Assembly: GCA_963668315.1 (NCBI GenBank)
Contig: OY764216.1
Coordinates: 3,008,001-3,072,000 of the forward strand
Direction of reading: 5' to 3'
DNA length: 64,000 nucleotides
DNA from: Spirochaetia bacterium
GTDB lineage: Bacteria > Spirochaetota > Spirochaetia > DSM-2461
The position numbers were made by a program, and so were the translations under genes. Below are positions 36,375 to 46,132 of this stretch, in pieces. Below the pieces are notes generated by a model. That model did not search any database. It was not told the DNA's origin and worked only from the letters and a program-made list of their open reading frames with translations. Each line of letters starts with the position of its first letter. Position 1 is the first letter of the stretch.

Positions 36375-39099
36375 ACTGTATTACCGGCGAAAGGATCACC
36401 GGAGCCTCTTCGATGGTATCCAGAGTGATGGAGAAAACGGTCCTTGTTTCGGGAGATGTCCGTACTATCCCGATATTTCCATAATCAATGACCGCTTTAA
36501 CGGTAAAGACGAACTGGCCCACGTCCAGTTTGGAAAGGTCCCTGAATACGAATTCTGTGCCGCGGTAATTATCCTGGAAAAAGATCCGGTTTCCCGACTG
36601 GTCATATAAAGAAAGGGTATATGTTGCTCCCTCTTCAACCTGTCCCCACCGGAATGTAAGGTCATCCTGATCGGACATATCGATTATCCCGTCCTCCGTG
36701 GGAGAGACCATCCTTACCGCATTCAGCGATGTAACCGGTTCAATGGTCATTTCCGACCTGCCCGCAGGGGACGTACGCCCGCGGCTGTCGATTCCGTTTA
36801 CTTCGATGACATAATCGTCCGGATAGAGATCGTCTATACGGTAGTAATTCTGCTTCGTTTCCCTCCTCATAAGCAGTGTCCCCGAATCCTTCTGTCTCAG
36901 GGTAAGGGAATAGTCGGGAAATCTGTAGGAGGAATCCCACCGGATCAACAGACCGTCCTGAAGAATTTCCAGCCGGTTTGCCGAGAACTGATCGGAAGGC
37001 GACGTGATCACTGGCGCCTGGTAATTGATGATCGAACCAATGGAAAAGGTGGACCGGGAAACAGCACTTGCCGCGGGAAACCCCTTTCCCTCGTCCTCCC
37101 TCAGGGATCTCAGCTCCATCCTGTAGTCTCCCTCCGATAGGAGGGACACATCAATGTCGTAGGATAGAATATCCGTGCCGGGGAGTGTAACCAGAGGGAC
37201 CGTTTCACCCTCTTTGAAAAGGGCTCCCTCATAGGCGATACTGTTAGCAATGTCACTCCATGATAATGTCAATTTTTCTTCTCCGATCACTTCAATAGTA
37301 CTGTCCGGACGGGGATATGTCAAATCGGGAGGCAGTAAGGGCTTTCTTACAGAGAAGGCTCTCCGTGTTCCCCCGAGAGCCACGCGGTCCTCTTCATCCA
37401 TGATATCGACCTGCCAGAGAAAATCGCCCTCTTCCCCGATATATTGGGTATTCTGAGGATGATCAAGGCGGCTGTTGGCAATAATTCTCTCGTTTCCATC
37501 GGTGATTTTCCAGAGTCTGAAACGGAAGTTCCCCCTCTCTGAAGAGTCCCATATAAAGGATATGTCCTCAGGGGAGAGGGTGATCGCTTCATCCGCTTCG
37601 GGGCTCAGAAGCTCAATGGTTTTGACCTTTTCCCTGTTTTGGAAGGTTCGTATTTCAGAGGAGTCAACCGGAACCGATCCATCGGTTAAGGGGATAATCC
37701 GCCAGTAATACGTTCCTTCCTCCAGCCCGCCTGCTGCGTCGTAATAATTCCTTGACGTATTTTCCCTGCGCAGAACCCCTTCCATGGAGGAATCAGCCGA
37801 GAGGATAAACTGATAAAGGGGAATCTCCGGGTCCCCTTTCCAGCTGAACCTGACACCCCTGGAAAAATCTTCGGGCGAAAGGGACGCCTCATTCTCGGGA
37901 GAAATCAGTTCGGGAGGCTGAAGCTCTTCCTGCCTGATGACCATAAGGATCCTGTCCTCCGTCGGGGAGGTTCTTCCGATGTTTTCAATTCCGTTGTACT
38001 GGGCCGTGACACGCCACCAGTAGGCACCTTCTGTCAGATCGTCGATTTTCATCTGGTTATACCGGGTTCTCCGGGATATGACAGGATTGGTCATATCCGA
38101 CATCAATCCCATTTCCAGTTCCCAGTATTCGGCATTTTCCGCTCCCTGCCATGAGAAGGTGGGGGAAGGAACCTGATCCCGGTAGGTTAATTCCGTTTCA
38201 TTCAGAGGAAGGAGTGCTTTCAGAGGAAGATTCTCCATAATTCTGATTTTACCGGTCGAGCTGAACCTGCTGTCCTCTTCTGTTCCGACACGCCAGAAGT
38301 AATCGCCCGGAAGAAGGTCGAGATTATACTCCTGTTCCTCAAGATCATCGGCCTGAAAAACGATCCTTTCAAAATCCGTGTCCAGTGCTATCCAGAGGGA
38401 TCGTGTTTCCGCCGGCTGAGGCTCAATCCAGGCGAAGCGCATCTTCTGGGTTTCTCCGAAAGTCACCCAGCTGCTGTTGTTGGGCGGAGTGGAGAGGATG
38501 AAGCTCATCCTGTCCACGCTGGTTTCCCCTTCCGGCGTCAGGCGGAACTGTTCGTTGGCCTCAATTTTCTCCTCACCCCGTGACACGTCGCCGGCGAGCA
38601 CTGACATATTGAAGATGCCCTTATCATCGGTTGAGAGGGTTATTTCCGAAGCGTTACCCAGTATGATGGGCTGGGGATTCTCCTCACGGAGATTAATAAG
38701 CCTAAGGGGTTCGCTTCTCTCCTCCGTCGAAAGGGCGCTGATGGTTCCGTCGAAATAAATGGTATTGTCCATGAGACTCAGAACAATGCGGGAGCTGTTC
38801 TCCAGCGAAATCTCCGTACCGTCAATAAGATTCATCATGATCGAGGAAAAGGCGTCGGAACTGATGGTATCCCCGTCAAAAAGATCATCCTGGTTATTGA
38901 GATTGTAGGTGTAATCGTCTCCGGAAATCTGTCTTTTGGGATAATAGGACAGATCGGAAACCGTGCCAATCGGTTCTCCGGCCCCCCGAATTTTCGATGA
39001 GATAATTTCCAGATACCGGGTTCCGGCGAAATAGAATACCGAGAGAAGGAGGGCGAGGGCAAGAAGATCTTTGAAAAGGGTTTTAATCCATAATCTCAT
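36364..39099 (-). CDS. FecR-domain protein with seven Ig/Fn3-like repeats
   Basis: N-terminal TM; LFDGDTISS...LIDGTEISLENSSRIVL FecR motif; seven PxLxSP...FxW...GxYxWRV-type repeats. Confidence 0.8.
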   Translation of the reverse strand: MRLWIKTLFKDLLALALLLSVFYFAGTRYLEIISSKIRGAGEPIGTVSDLSYYPKRQISGDDYTYNLNNQDDLFDGDTISSDAFSSIMMNLIDGTEISLENSSRIVLSLMDNTIYFDGTISALSTEERSEPLRLINLREENPQPIILGNASEITLSTDDKGIFNMSVLAGDVSRGEEKIEANEQFRLTPEGETSVDRMSFILSTPPNNSSWVTFGETQKMRFAWIEPQPAETRSLWIALDTDFERIVFQADDLEEQEYNLDLLPGDYFWRVGTEEDSRFSSTGKIRIMENLPLKALLPLNETELTYRDQVPSPTFSWQGAENAEYWELEMGLMSDMTNPVISRRTRYNQMKIDDLTEGAYWWRVTAQYNGIENIGRTSPTEDRILMVIRQEELQPPELISPENEASLSPEDFSRGVRFSWKGDPEIPLYQFILSADSSMEGVLRRENTSRNYYDAAGGLEEGTYYWRIIPLTDGSVPVDSSEIRTFQNREKVKTIELLSPEADEAITLSPEDISFIWDSSERGNFRFRLWKITDGNERIIANSRLDHPQNTQYIGEEGDFLWQVDIMDEEDRVALGGTRRAFSVRKPLLPPDLTYPRPDSTIEVIGEEKLTLSWSDIANSIAYEGALFKEGETVPLVTLPGTDILSYDIDVSLLSEGDYRMELRSLREDEGKGFPAASAVSRSTFSIGSIINYQAPVITSPSDQFSANRLEILQDGLLIRWDSSYRFPDYSLTLRQKDSGTLLMRRETKQNYYRIDDLYPDDYVIEVNGIDSRGRTSPAGRSEMTIEPVTSLNAVRMVSPTEDGIIDMSDQDDLTFRWGQVEEGATYTLSLYDQSGNRIFFQDNYRGTEFVFRDLSKLDVGQFVFTVKAVIDYGNIGIVRTSPETRTVFSITLDTIEEAPVILSPVIQYAD

Positions 39100-41929
39100 A
39101 TTTTACTTCTTTCTCATCCACATCTTTCTTCAGAACGTCGCTGAAATCTCCTTCAATTCCCACATAGGAACGCATTTCATCCAGATCTTTCGGTCTGGCC
39201 GGATTATCCATCCGTCCGAGAACGGCGTAGATCTGCTGGGGTTCGCTCTTTCCCTTCACCTTGATCTTGTTCATGGGAACCACATCGTAGATGCCTTTCA
39301 CCTGATTATACGTGTCCGTGGATATGAGAATGTCCGTGCCCATAGGTTTGTTCAAAGGTTCGATACGGGAAGCCAGGTTTACCGCGTCGCCGATAACCGT
39401 ATATTCCATTCTGTCCTCCGAGCCTATCTGACCGGATACCACAGGGCCGGAATTGATGCCGCAGCCGATTTTGATAATGGGTTTTTTGTCTCCGCCCCGT
39501 CCTTTGTTGAACCTGATCAGGGCTTCCCTCATGGCAAGGGCGCAGTTGACGCAGTTTTCCGGATCATTCCCATGGGATTTGGGGACGCCCCACAGGCCCA
39601 TGATGGCATCACCGATATACTTGTCCACATGGCCCATGGTGTCGTTGACGCATTTGACCATTTCCGTCATATATTCATTCAGGAACTCCACCACTTCACC
39701 GGGCTCGAGCTTTTCCGAAATGGCTGTGAATGAGCGGATATCGGAGAAGAAAATCGTGGCTTCCTTTGTTTCTCCCCCCAGTTTCAGCTCTCCTTTCGCG
39801 GCCATCTCGGCCACTTCCTTGTTCACAAAGCGGCCGAAGGCGTCCTTCATTCTCTCCCGTTCCTGAAGACCGTGTCCCATGTCGATGAACGCCTGGGTCA
39901 GAACTCCCGTCTCATCCCGGTTGCGTACTTTCAGCTTCAGTTCGTACTGCCCGTTTTCAATCAGTTTCGTGGCTACCATGAGACGGGCGAGGGGGAGGGA
40001 GATCGTCTTGGAAAAGAAGTAGATGATGAGGATCGTCAGAGAAAGTATCATGATCATCAGGTAAAGATTCTGCCTGAGAATATCGTTGATGGGGCCGAAA
40101 ACGGCAGACCTTTTTATTTCGGAGACGAAAAAGAGGTCCCAGTCCTTGATTATGGTGAAAGCTCCCAGCATCTGCTCCCCCGGTTCCGGCTCTGTTTCCT
40201 CAGTACCGATTATCGTCTGCTGATAGCTTATCTGCTGGTTGGAAGTTGAGCCCGACTCTCTCACATAGGAGAGAATGGGATGGTTTTCATAATCCCCGGG
40301 AAGACAGGATGTCACGAGGGTCTTGTCCGGATGTCCGATCATCTCTCCCATACCGTTCAGAACGAAAATGGTCCTGCTGCCTGAGCTGTTGATGATATCG
40401 TTGAGAAGTTCCGCCGTCTGAACAATGATGATCAGGGGTTTCTGCCTGTTATCGCTCTCATCCCAGTAGGTCAGGATTACGCCCGTCACCGGTTCGGTAT
40501 TTCTCGTGTCCGTCAGAAAAAAGGAGGGGTTGAATGTCCTCCGGTAGTTCTGATCCCCCTGCCAGGCCTCTTCTGTCATGGACGCATAATTCTCCTCAAG
40601 AACACTGCTGATATAGTCCTTGCTGAAGTATCCCGGAGAGTTGTAGACCACATCGCTGGAAAGGAGTTCGAAGTAAAGAATATAGGGATAATCGTTTATC
40701 AGGGTATCTTCCAGATTCGCCCTGTTATTGTTGAGAAGGACTCTGAGTGTCTCCCGAAGGCTGTTGAAACTGTTTTTTGTATTGGTGGAGAGCAGGTCGG
40801 CGACGGTCAGGCTGTTCTGCTCTATCTCGCGGGAGAGGGTCTTCTCAAAGAGGGAGAAGGATATTACCGACATGGAGCTCATGGCCAGAACGATCACGGT
40901 GGAAATGATGAGTATAAGTTTGAAGCCGATGGAGAAGCGCACCCCCAGCTTTCGGCTTTTTGGCTTTTTCAGATCAAGTTCTTCGGGCAGTTCCTCGTCC
41001 TTGCTGTTCTGTTCGGTGAGTCTGTCGATTTTCTTAATCAGATCGGGAGGCATAATGGCCACCTCCCGGATTATTTCTTTTATCTCGACCTTCGCAGGGC
41101 CCTGGCTGACCGGCAAAGCCGCCGGTTCTTCCGGACGTCTGGACGGTTTCTTCAGAATCTTCAGAATGCTTCCCCTGATCTTCAGTTTCTCAAGAAGTCT
41201 GCTTCCTTCTTCTTGTCCGGAATAGAGAAAATACAAAGGCTGCCGGACCTGATCGTCCCGGACCGATTCGTAGGGAAGATCCAGGGGGCCCATAAGGGGA
41301 ATCTCACCCTTTGCCGTCAGGGAGGATAGACTGTCTATTGTCTGCAGAAGATCGTCCTGTCTGTTCAGATCAAGGTAGAAGAGTATGCGCCACTCATCAG
41401 GCCTTGCCTTCTCGAGATAATGGCGGGGAATACGCAGGGCGTGGGTGAAATCCTCATCCTTTCCGATGGAAAGGGTTTTGAGATCCCACTGAAGTTCCGT
41501 ATCAATCAGCCGCTTGTGGAAAAGCCTCGTCATGGCGGATATATCAAAATCGATCGACTCTCCGGTGAGAACGGACTCCCTGACATTGACGAAGAGTCCT
41601 TCGGCTTTTTTTTCTTCCAGCACCCGGAAGAGGCGGACGATATGTTCGATAAGGCGGTTGAGAAGGCGGTAATCTTCCGTTGAAATCGGGGAATTCCTCT
41701 CGGCCAGTTCCGAGGTGAAAGTGAGTCCCAGCTGCGCCATGGAGTTCAGGGGGGACAAGCCCATAAAAGTCCCCAGAAAAGAAAGAATGCGGAATTCCTC
41801 TTTCAGCGAAGCGATATCAGGTCTTTTGGCTGTTTTTAATTTTTTGTGTTCCATAAGAAGAGAACGTACATGGTGACCCGCTTCTCTCTTCAGGGATAAA
41901 GGTTGTTTGCTGCTCTTTTCTCTTTCCAC
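39083..41929 (-). CDS. Membrane class III adenylate cyclase (CheA-like N-terminus, TM, Cache-like periplasmic domain, TM, HAMP, cyclase)
   Basis: FFSDIRSFT, VDKYIGDAIM, EYTVIGDAVNLASRIE, VKGKSEP; HAMP NRDETGVLTQAF. Confidence 0.92.
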   Translation of the reverse strand: MEREKSSKQPLSLKREAGHHVRSLLMEHKKLKTAKRPDIASLKEEFRILSFLGTFMGLSPLNSMAQLGLTFTSELAERNSPISTEDYRLLNRLIEHIVRLFRVLEEKKAEGLFVNVRESVLTGESIDFDISAMTRLFHKRLIDTELQWDLKTLSIGKDEDFTHALRIPRHYLEKARPDEWRILFYLDLNRQDDLLQTIDSLSSLTAKGEIPLMGPLDLPYESVRDDQVRQPLYFLYSGQEEGSRLLEKLKIRGSILKILKKPSRRPEEPAALPVSQGPAKVEIKEIIREVAIMPPDLIKKIDRLTEQNSKDEELPEELDLKKPKSRKLGVRFSIGFKLILIISTVIVLAMSSMSVISFSLFEKTLSREIEQNSLTVADLLSTNTKNSFNSLRETLRVLLNNNRANLEDTLINDYPYILYFELLSSDVVYNSPGYFSKDYISSVLEENYASMTEEAWQGDQNYRRTFNPSFFLTDTRNTEPVTGVILTYWDESDNRQKPLIIIVQTAELLNDIINSSGSRTIFVLNGMGEMIGHPDKTLVTSCLPGDYENHPILSYVRESGSTSNQQISYQQTIIGTEETEPEPGEQMLGAFTIIKDWDLFFVSEIKRSAVFGPINDILRQNLYLMIMILSLTILIIYFFSKTISLPLARLMVATKLIENGQYELKLKVRNRDETGVLTQAFIDMGHGLQERERMKDAFGRFVNKEVAEMAAKGELKLGGETKEATIFFSDIRSFTAISEKLEPGEVVEFLNEYMTEMVKCVNDTMGHVDKYIGDAIMGLWGVPKSHGNDPENCVNCALAMREALIRFNKGRGGDKKPIIKIGCGINSGPVVSGQIGSEDRMEYTVIGDAVNLASRIEPLNKPMGTDILISTDTYNQVKGIYDVVPMNKIKVKGKSEPQQIYAVLGRMDNPARPKDLDEMRSYVGIEGDFSDVLKKDVDEKEVKYEIMD

Positions 41930-42093
41930 TTTCTTTCCATCGCTCAGGATTTAACTGCAGGAGTCAAAGCCTCTTTTCCTTCTATTATCGGCAAAGATAG
42001 GGTTAAAATCCATCGGCAGAGGGAAAAAAGGGAGGGGATGTTGCCTTTCAAGACGGGATTGAAAAAACTTATCATGGCGGAACCGGCTTTTAC

Positions 42094-42122
42094 TTGCCTA
42101 GAAATCCGACTTAATATATTAT
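42094..42122 (+). promoter_or_regulatory. Promoter of alaS (leaderless geometry)
   Basis: TTGCCT-N17-TATTAT, 6 nt before ATG 42129; no SD. Confidence 0.55.
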
Positions 42123-42128
42123 ACAGCC

Positions 42129-43916
42129 ATGAATGCCAAAGAACTTCGAGAGAAATACATAACCTTTTTTACAGAGCGGGGACATAAGGAAATTTCCGGA
42201 AAATCCCTGATTCCCGAAAACGATCCCACCGTGCTGTTTACCACGGCGGGTATGCATCCGCTGGTCCCCTATCTGCTGGGACAGCCTCATCCGGCGGGAA
42301 AGAGGCTTGTCGACTATCAGAAGTGCATCAGGACTCAGGATATAGATGCCGTCGGTGATCCTTCCCATCTCACTTTTTTTGAAATGCTGGGAAACTGGTC
42401 TCTGGGCGACTATTTCAAAAAAGAGTCTATTGCCATGAGTTATGAATTTCTCACATCACCCGATTATCTCGGCGCTGATCGGGAGAAACTTTCCGTAACG
42501 GTATTCGAAGGGGACGACGAAGTGCCCGCCGATGAGGAATCCATCGGTTACTGGAGGGAATGCGGAATCCCCGATGAGCGGATCTACCGCCTGCCCCGGG
42601 AAGATAACTGGTGGGGGCCTGCGGGTACCACCGGTCCCTGCGGTCCCGATTCAGAGATGTTTCTGGATACGGGGCTGGAACCGTGCGGTCCCGACTGTAA
42701 ACCCGGCTGTCACTGCGGGAAATATTTTGAAGTCTGGAATAACGTTTTCATGCAGTACAACAAGCAGGAGGACGGTTCCTATAAGAAGCTCGATGCTCCC
42801 TGCGTCGATACGGGAATGGGATTGGAAAGGACCATTACCATGCTTTTAGGAAAGAAATCGGTTTACGAAACGGAATTTTTCATCCCTATTATAGAAAAAG
42901 TGGAATCCCTGACGGGGAAAAAGTACGGCCAGTCGGAAGATGTGGATATGTCCATACGCATCATATCCGACCATATCAAGGCATCCTGCATGATCCTGGG
43001 AGACGAGAAGGGCGTCAGCCCTTCCAATGTCGGACAGGGTTACGTTCTGCGGAGACTGCTCAGAAGGGCTATCCGCCATGGAAAGAAGCTCGGTATCGAA
43101 GACAATTTCCTGGTGGAGCTCTCGGAAATCGTTCTGGCCATGTACGAGGGTGTCTATAAGGAACTCAGGGAAAATGAAGAGAGGATCAAAGAAGAGCTGG
43201 AGCGTGAGGAAAATCAGTTCCGTACCACTCTGGTCAAGGGAGAGAAGGAGTTTGAAAAACTGCTTCCCAATCTTCTGAAAAATCCTAAAAAGATGGTAAG
43301 CGGAAAAGTGGCTTTCAAGCTTTACGATACCTACGGGTTTCCCGTGGAGCTTACCGAGGACCTGGCCGGTGAAAACGGGATGACCGTCGACAGGGAAGGG
43401 TTCGAGGAGGCTTTCAAAAAGCATCAGGAAGCATCCAAAAAGGGTGCGGACAAAGCCTTTAAAGGCGGACTGGCCGATCATTCCGTCATGACGACAAGGT
43501 ACCATACGGCGACTCACCTTCTGCACGAGGCTTTGAGACTCGTTCTGGGAGAGCATGTGGCTCAGAAGGGTTCCAATCTCAACTCGGAGAGACTTCGGTT
43601 TGACTTCTCCCATCCCGATCCCATGACGCCGGAACAGATTCAGCAGGTAGAAGATATGGTAAATGAGAAAATCCAGGCGGCTTTGCCTGTTACCATGAAA
43701 GTCATGACTCTCGACGAAGCCAGAAATCTGAATGCCAGAGCTCTGTTCTCCGGTAAATATGATGAGCAGGTTAAGGTCTACTTCATGGGTGATTTTTCCG
43801 TTGAAGTATGCGGCGGACCCCATGTGGAAAATACTTCCGAACTGGGCAGCTTTAAAATTCAGAAAGAGCAGTCCTCATCAAGGGGAGTGCGGCGGATCAG
43901 AGCAGTACTGGAATAG
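42129..43916 (+). CDS. alaS: Alanine-tRNA ligase (short form without C-Ala domain)
   Basis: LFTTAGM, HLTFFEMLGNWSLGDYFK, DTGMGLER, LYDTYGFP, HTATH, RLRFDFSH, CGGPHV, GVRRIRA. Confidence 0.97.
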   Translation: MNAKELREKYITFFTERGHKEISGKSLIPENDPTVLFTTAGMHPLVPYLLGQPHPAGKRLVDYQKCIRTQDIDAVGDPSHLTFFEMLGNWSLGDYFKKESIAMSYEFLTSPDYLGADREKLSVTVFEGDDEVPADEESIGYWRECGIPDERIYRLPREDNWWGPAGTTGPCGPDSEMFLDTGLEPCGPDCKPGCHCGKYFEVWNNVFMQYNKQEDGSYKKLDAPCVDTGMGLERTITMLLGKKSVYETEFFIPIIEKVESLTGKKYGQSEDVDMSIRIISDHIKASCMILGDEKGVSPSNVGQGYVLRRLLRRAIRHGKKLGIEDNFLVELSEIVLAMYEGVYKELRENEERIKEELEREENQFRTTLVKGEKEFEKLLPNLLKNPKKMVSGKVAFKLYDTYGFPVELTEDLAGENGMTVDREGFEEAFKKHQEASKKGADKAFKGGLADHSVMTTRYHTATHLLHEALRLVLGEHVAQKGSNLNSERLRFDFSHPDPMTPEQIQQVEDMVNEKIQAALPVTMKVMTLDEARNLNARALFSGKYDEQVKVYFMGDFSVEVCGGPHVENTSELGSFKIQKEQSSSRGVRRIRAVLE

Positions 43917-43930
43917 CTCAAGACCGATAC

Positions 43931-43970
43931 AAAAAAAGCCCGACCTTAAAGAAGGCGGGCTTTATTCTTT
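43931..43970. terminator. Probable bidirectional terminator between alaS and the TPR gene
   Basis: AAAGCCCG-ACCTT-AAAG-AAGG-CGGGCTTT flanked by A-run and T-rich tail. Confidence 0.65.
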
Positions 43971-44000
43971 ATAAGAATCATGAAAAAGAAACTCTGTTTC

Positions 44001-45164
44001 TCAGGCTCCGGCTTTGAGGCGGGAAAGCTCACTGGTCACTTTGCTGTTCTTGATTCCCCCGATATTCAGGTAATTATTCAGAACCTTGATAGCCTGTTCT
44101 TTCTCTCCCATCTCACCGTAACAGCTGGCGCACTCAATACAGAACCGGCAGTTCTTCGGATCCGATGAAATCAGCTTGGTCAAAGACGTAATTGCTTCAT
44201 CGTAATGGCCGCGGTCTCTATTGATCAGAGCCAGGCCCATGACCGCGTAATGATCATATTCTATATTGAGGGCGTAATTATAGTACTGTTCCGCCCTTTC
44301 AAGATCTCCCATGTGGCGGTAGGCATCTCCGGCTCTTGTAAGAATCACCTTGTTTCTCTTGTCGTTGTCCAGAATCTTGTTCCAGTATATCAGGGATTTA
44401 TTCTGCTGATTCATGCCCCGGTAGCAGTCTGCCAGTCCGAAGAGAGCATAAAAATTGTTCGGCTGAATATCCAGGGCCTGCTGGAAGTAGGGGACACCCT
44501 GTTCAAAGGTTTTCATTTTCCTGTGGCAGTTTCCAATGGATGTCAGTACGCGGATATCGACGCGGCTGTTGGAAAGTTCCAGCATCCTCGTCCAGTATTT
44601 CAAGGCTCCTTCGTACTCTTTGAAGTCATAATGGAGATGGCCCAGGCCGATCAGGGCATAGGAGTTGTTTGCTTCCATTTCCAGGACTTTCAGGTAGAGT
44701 TCTTTGCTCCGGTTGAAGTCTCTCACCTTGCGATAAGCATCGGCAATGCGGGTAAGAACCGTAATATTCTTGTCGTCATGATGGAGGTACTCCTCCCAGA
44801 TATCAATGGCTCTGTTGAATTGTTTCAGGGCTTTGTAGCAATCGGCAAGACCGAAGAGGGCATAATTATTCCCCCGGTGATAGGTCAGGCATTTCTGATA
44901 ATGGCCGATGGCCTCATGGTACCGCCTCTCCTTTCTGTAAACGTCACCCAGACCAACAAGAGCGTAATTGTTGCTGGATTCCATTTCCAGAATCGTATTG
45001 AAGCAATCGGCAGCTCTTTCTGTAAGATTTTCCTTTAAGAGCTGGTACCCTTTCTGTGACAGTTCCGTAATCCGGTTGTGATCATCCGGAGACAGACCGT
45101 CCTGGCTTTCTGTTTGGACATCGTTCAGTTCATCAGATTCATTAGTAGTCAGCATCTCACCCAT
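44001..45164 (-). CDS. Tetratricopeptide-repeat protein
   Basis: About 10 regular TPRs (NNYALFGLADCY, VLTRIADAY, NSYALIGLG). Confidence 0.9.
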   Translation of the reverse strand: MGEMLTTNESDELNDVQTESQDGLSPDDHNRITELSQKGYQLLKENLTERAADCFNTILEMESSNNYALVGLGDVYRKERRYHEAIGHYQKCLTYHRGNNYALFGLADCYKALKQFNRAIDIWEEYLHHDDKNITVLTRIADAYRKVRDFNRSKELYLKVLEMEANNSYALIGLGHLHYDFKEYEGALKYWTRMLELSNSRVDIRVLTSIGNCHRKMKTFEQGVPYFQQALDIQPNNFYALFGLADCYRGMNQQNKSLIYWNKILDNDKRNKVILTRAGDAYRHMGDLERAEQYYNYALNIEYDHYAVMGLALINRDRGHYDEAITSLTKLISSDPKNCRFCIECASCYGEMGEKEQAIKVLNNYLNIGGIKNSKVTSELSRLKAGA

Positions 45165-45179
45165 CCTTATCTTTACATT

Positions 45180-45497
45180 TTATTTAAGCCATTGCTTTAT
45201 TACTTGAGCCATCCTGATTACCATTTCATCAACTTTGTTCTGGTCCTCCGCCTGCATATACATACGCAATGCTTCCAGGGGCTGACCCTTTTCATAATAA
45301 AAATCGCCCAGCCTGATGATTCCGTCCTTGTATCCCAAGGTCAGAAAAATCTTCCGGGCCATTTCCGTATTACCGCCGTTGAAAAATTCATTGCCCCGCC
45401 TGATAAGCTGGATCCTCTGCTGAGAAGTTAAGTCATCCCGCTTATCGACGGTGGTTTTTAGAAACCCTTCCTTGGGTAATTTCTTTAAAATATCCAT
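45180..45497 (-). CDS. Small hypothetical TPR-like protein
   Basis: LIRRGNEFFN...YKDGIIRLGDFYY helical pattern; co-directional with neighbours. Confidence 0.7.
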   Translation of the reverse strand: MDILKKLPKEGFLKTTVDKRDDLTSQQRIQLIRRGNEFFNGGNTEMARKIFLTLGYKDGIIRLGDFYYEKGQPLEALRMYMQAEDQNKVDEMVIRMAQVIKQWLK

Positions 45498-45537
45498 ACT
45501 GTTGATGTATCAGGTTCTCAAAAGAAAGAACACAGTA

Positions 45538-46128
45538 TTATAATAGACCCTTTGTAGACAAATTTCCACTTTTCGGTGAAATTCTTGTAAAAGAGTATTT
45601 AAGGGCCCGTCCGAAGGCTTTGAAAATCGCTTCGGACATGTGGTGGGAGTTTTCTCCATAGGGGCAGTCTATATGGAGATTAATTCTGCTGTTGGACGTA
45701 AAGGCCTGGAAAAATTCCTTTAGAAGGAACATATCGAAGTTACCCGAACGTTCCTGCGGGTAATCCGCCCGGTAAACCAGATAGGGCCTGTTGCAGGCGT
45801 CAATGGTGACATCAGCCAGGGCGTCGTCCATGGGGACTCGGAAATGACCGTAGCGGGCAAGGGGGGAGAATTTCTCAAGATAGGCGTGGAAGGCGGAACC
45901 GAGAACCAGACCGGTATCTTCCACAAGGTGGTGAGGGTCTATGTCGATGTCGCCCGAGGCCTTCAGGTTCATGGAGAATCCCCCGTGAAAAGTCATGGCA
46001 TGGAGCATATGGTCGAAAAAGGGGAGGGAGGTATCAATGGAAATCTCTCCCCGTACGTCCAGATCCAGCGCTACCTCGATATCGGTTTCCTTGGTTTTCC
46101 TTTTTACGGTTATGGTTTCTTCTGACAT
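45538..46128 (-). CDS. hisB: Imidazoleglycerol-phosphate dehydratase
   Basis: RKTKETDI, FFDHML, GDIDIDPHHLVED, PMDDAL, GENSHHMSEAIFKAFGRAL, STKG. Confidence 0.96.
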   Translation of the reverse strand: MSEETITVKRKTKETDIEVALDLDVRGEISIDTSLPFFDHMLHAMTFHGGFSMNLKASGDIDIDPHHLVEDTGLVLGSAFHAYLEKFSPLARYGHFRVPMDDALADVTIDACNRPYLVYRADYPQERSGNFDMFLLKEFFQAFTSNSRINLHIDCPYGENSHHMSEAIFKAFGRALKYSFTRISPKSGNLSTKGLL

Positions 46129-46132
46129 GGAA

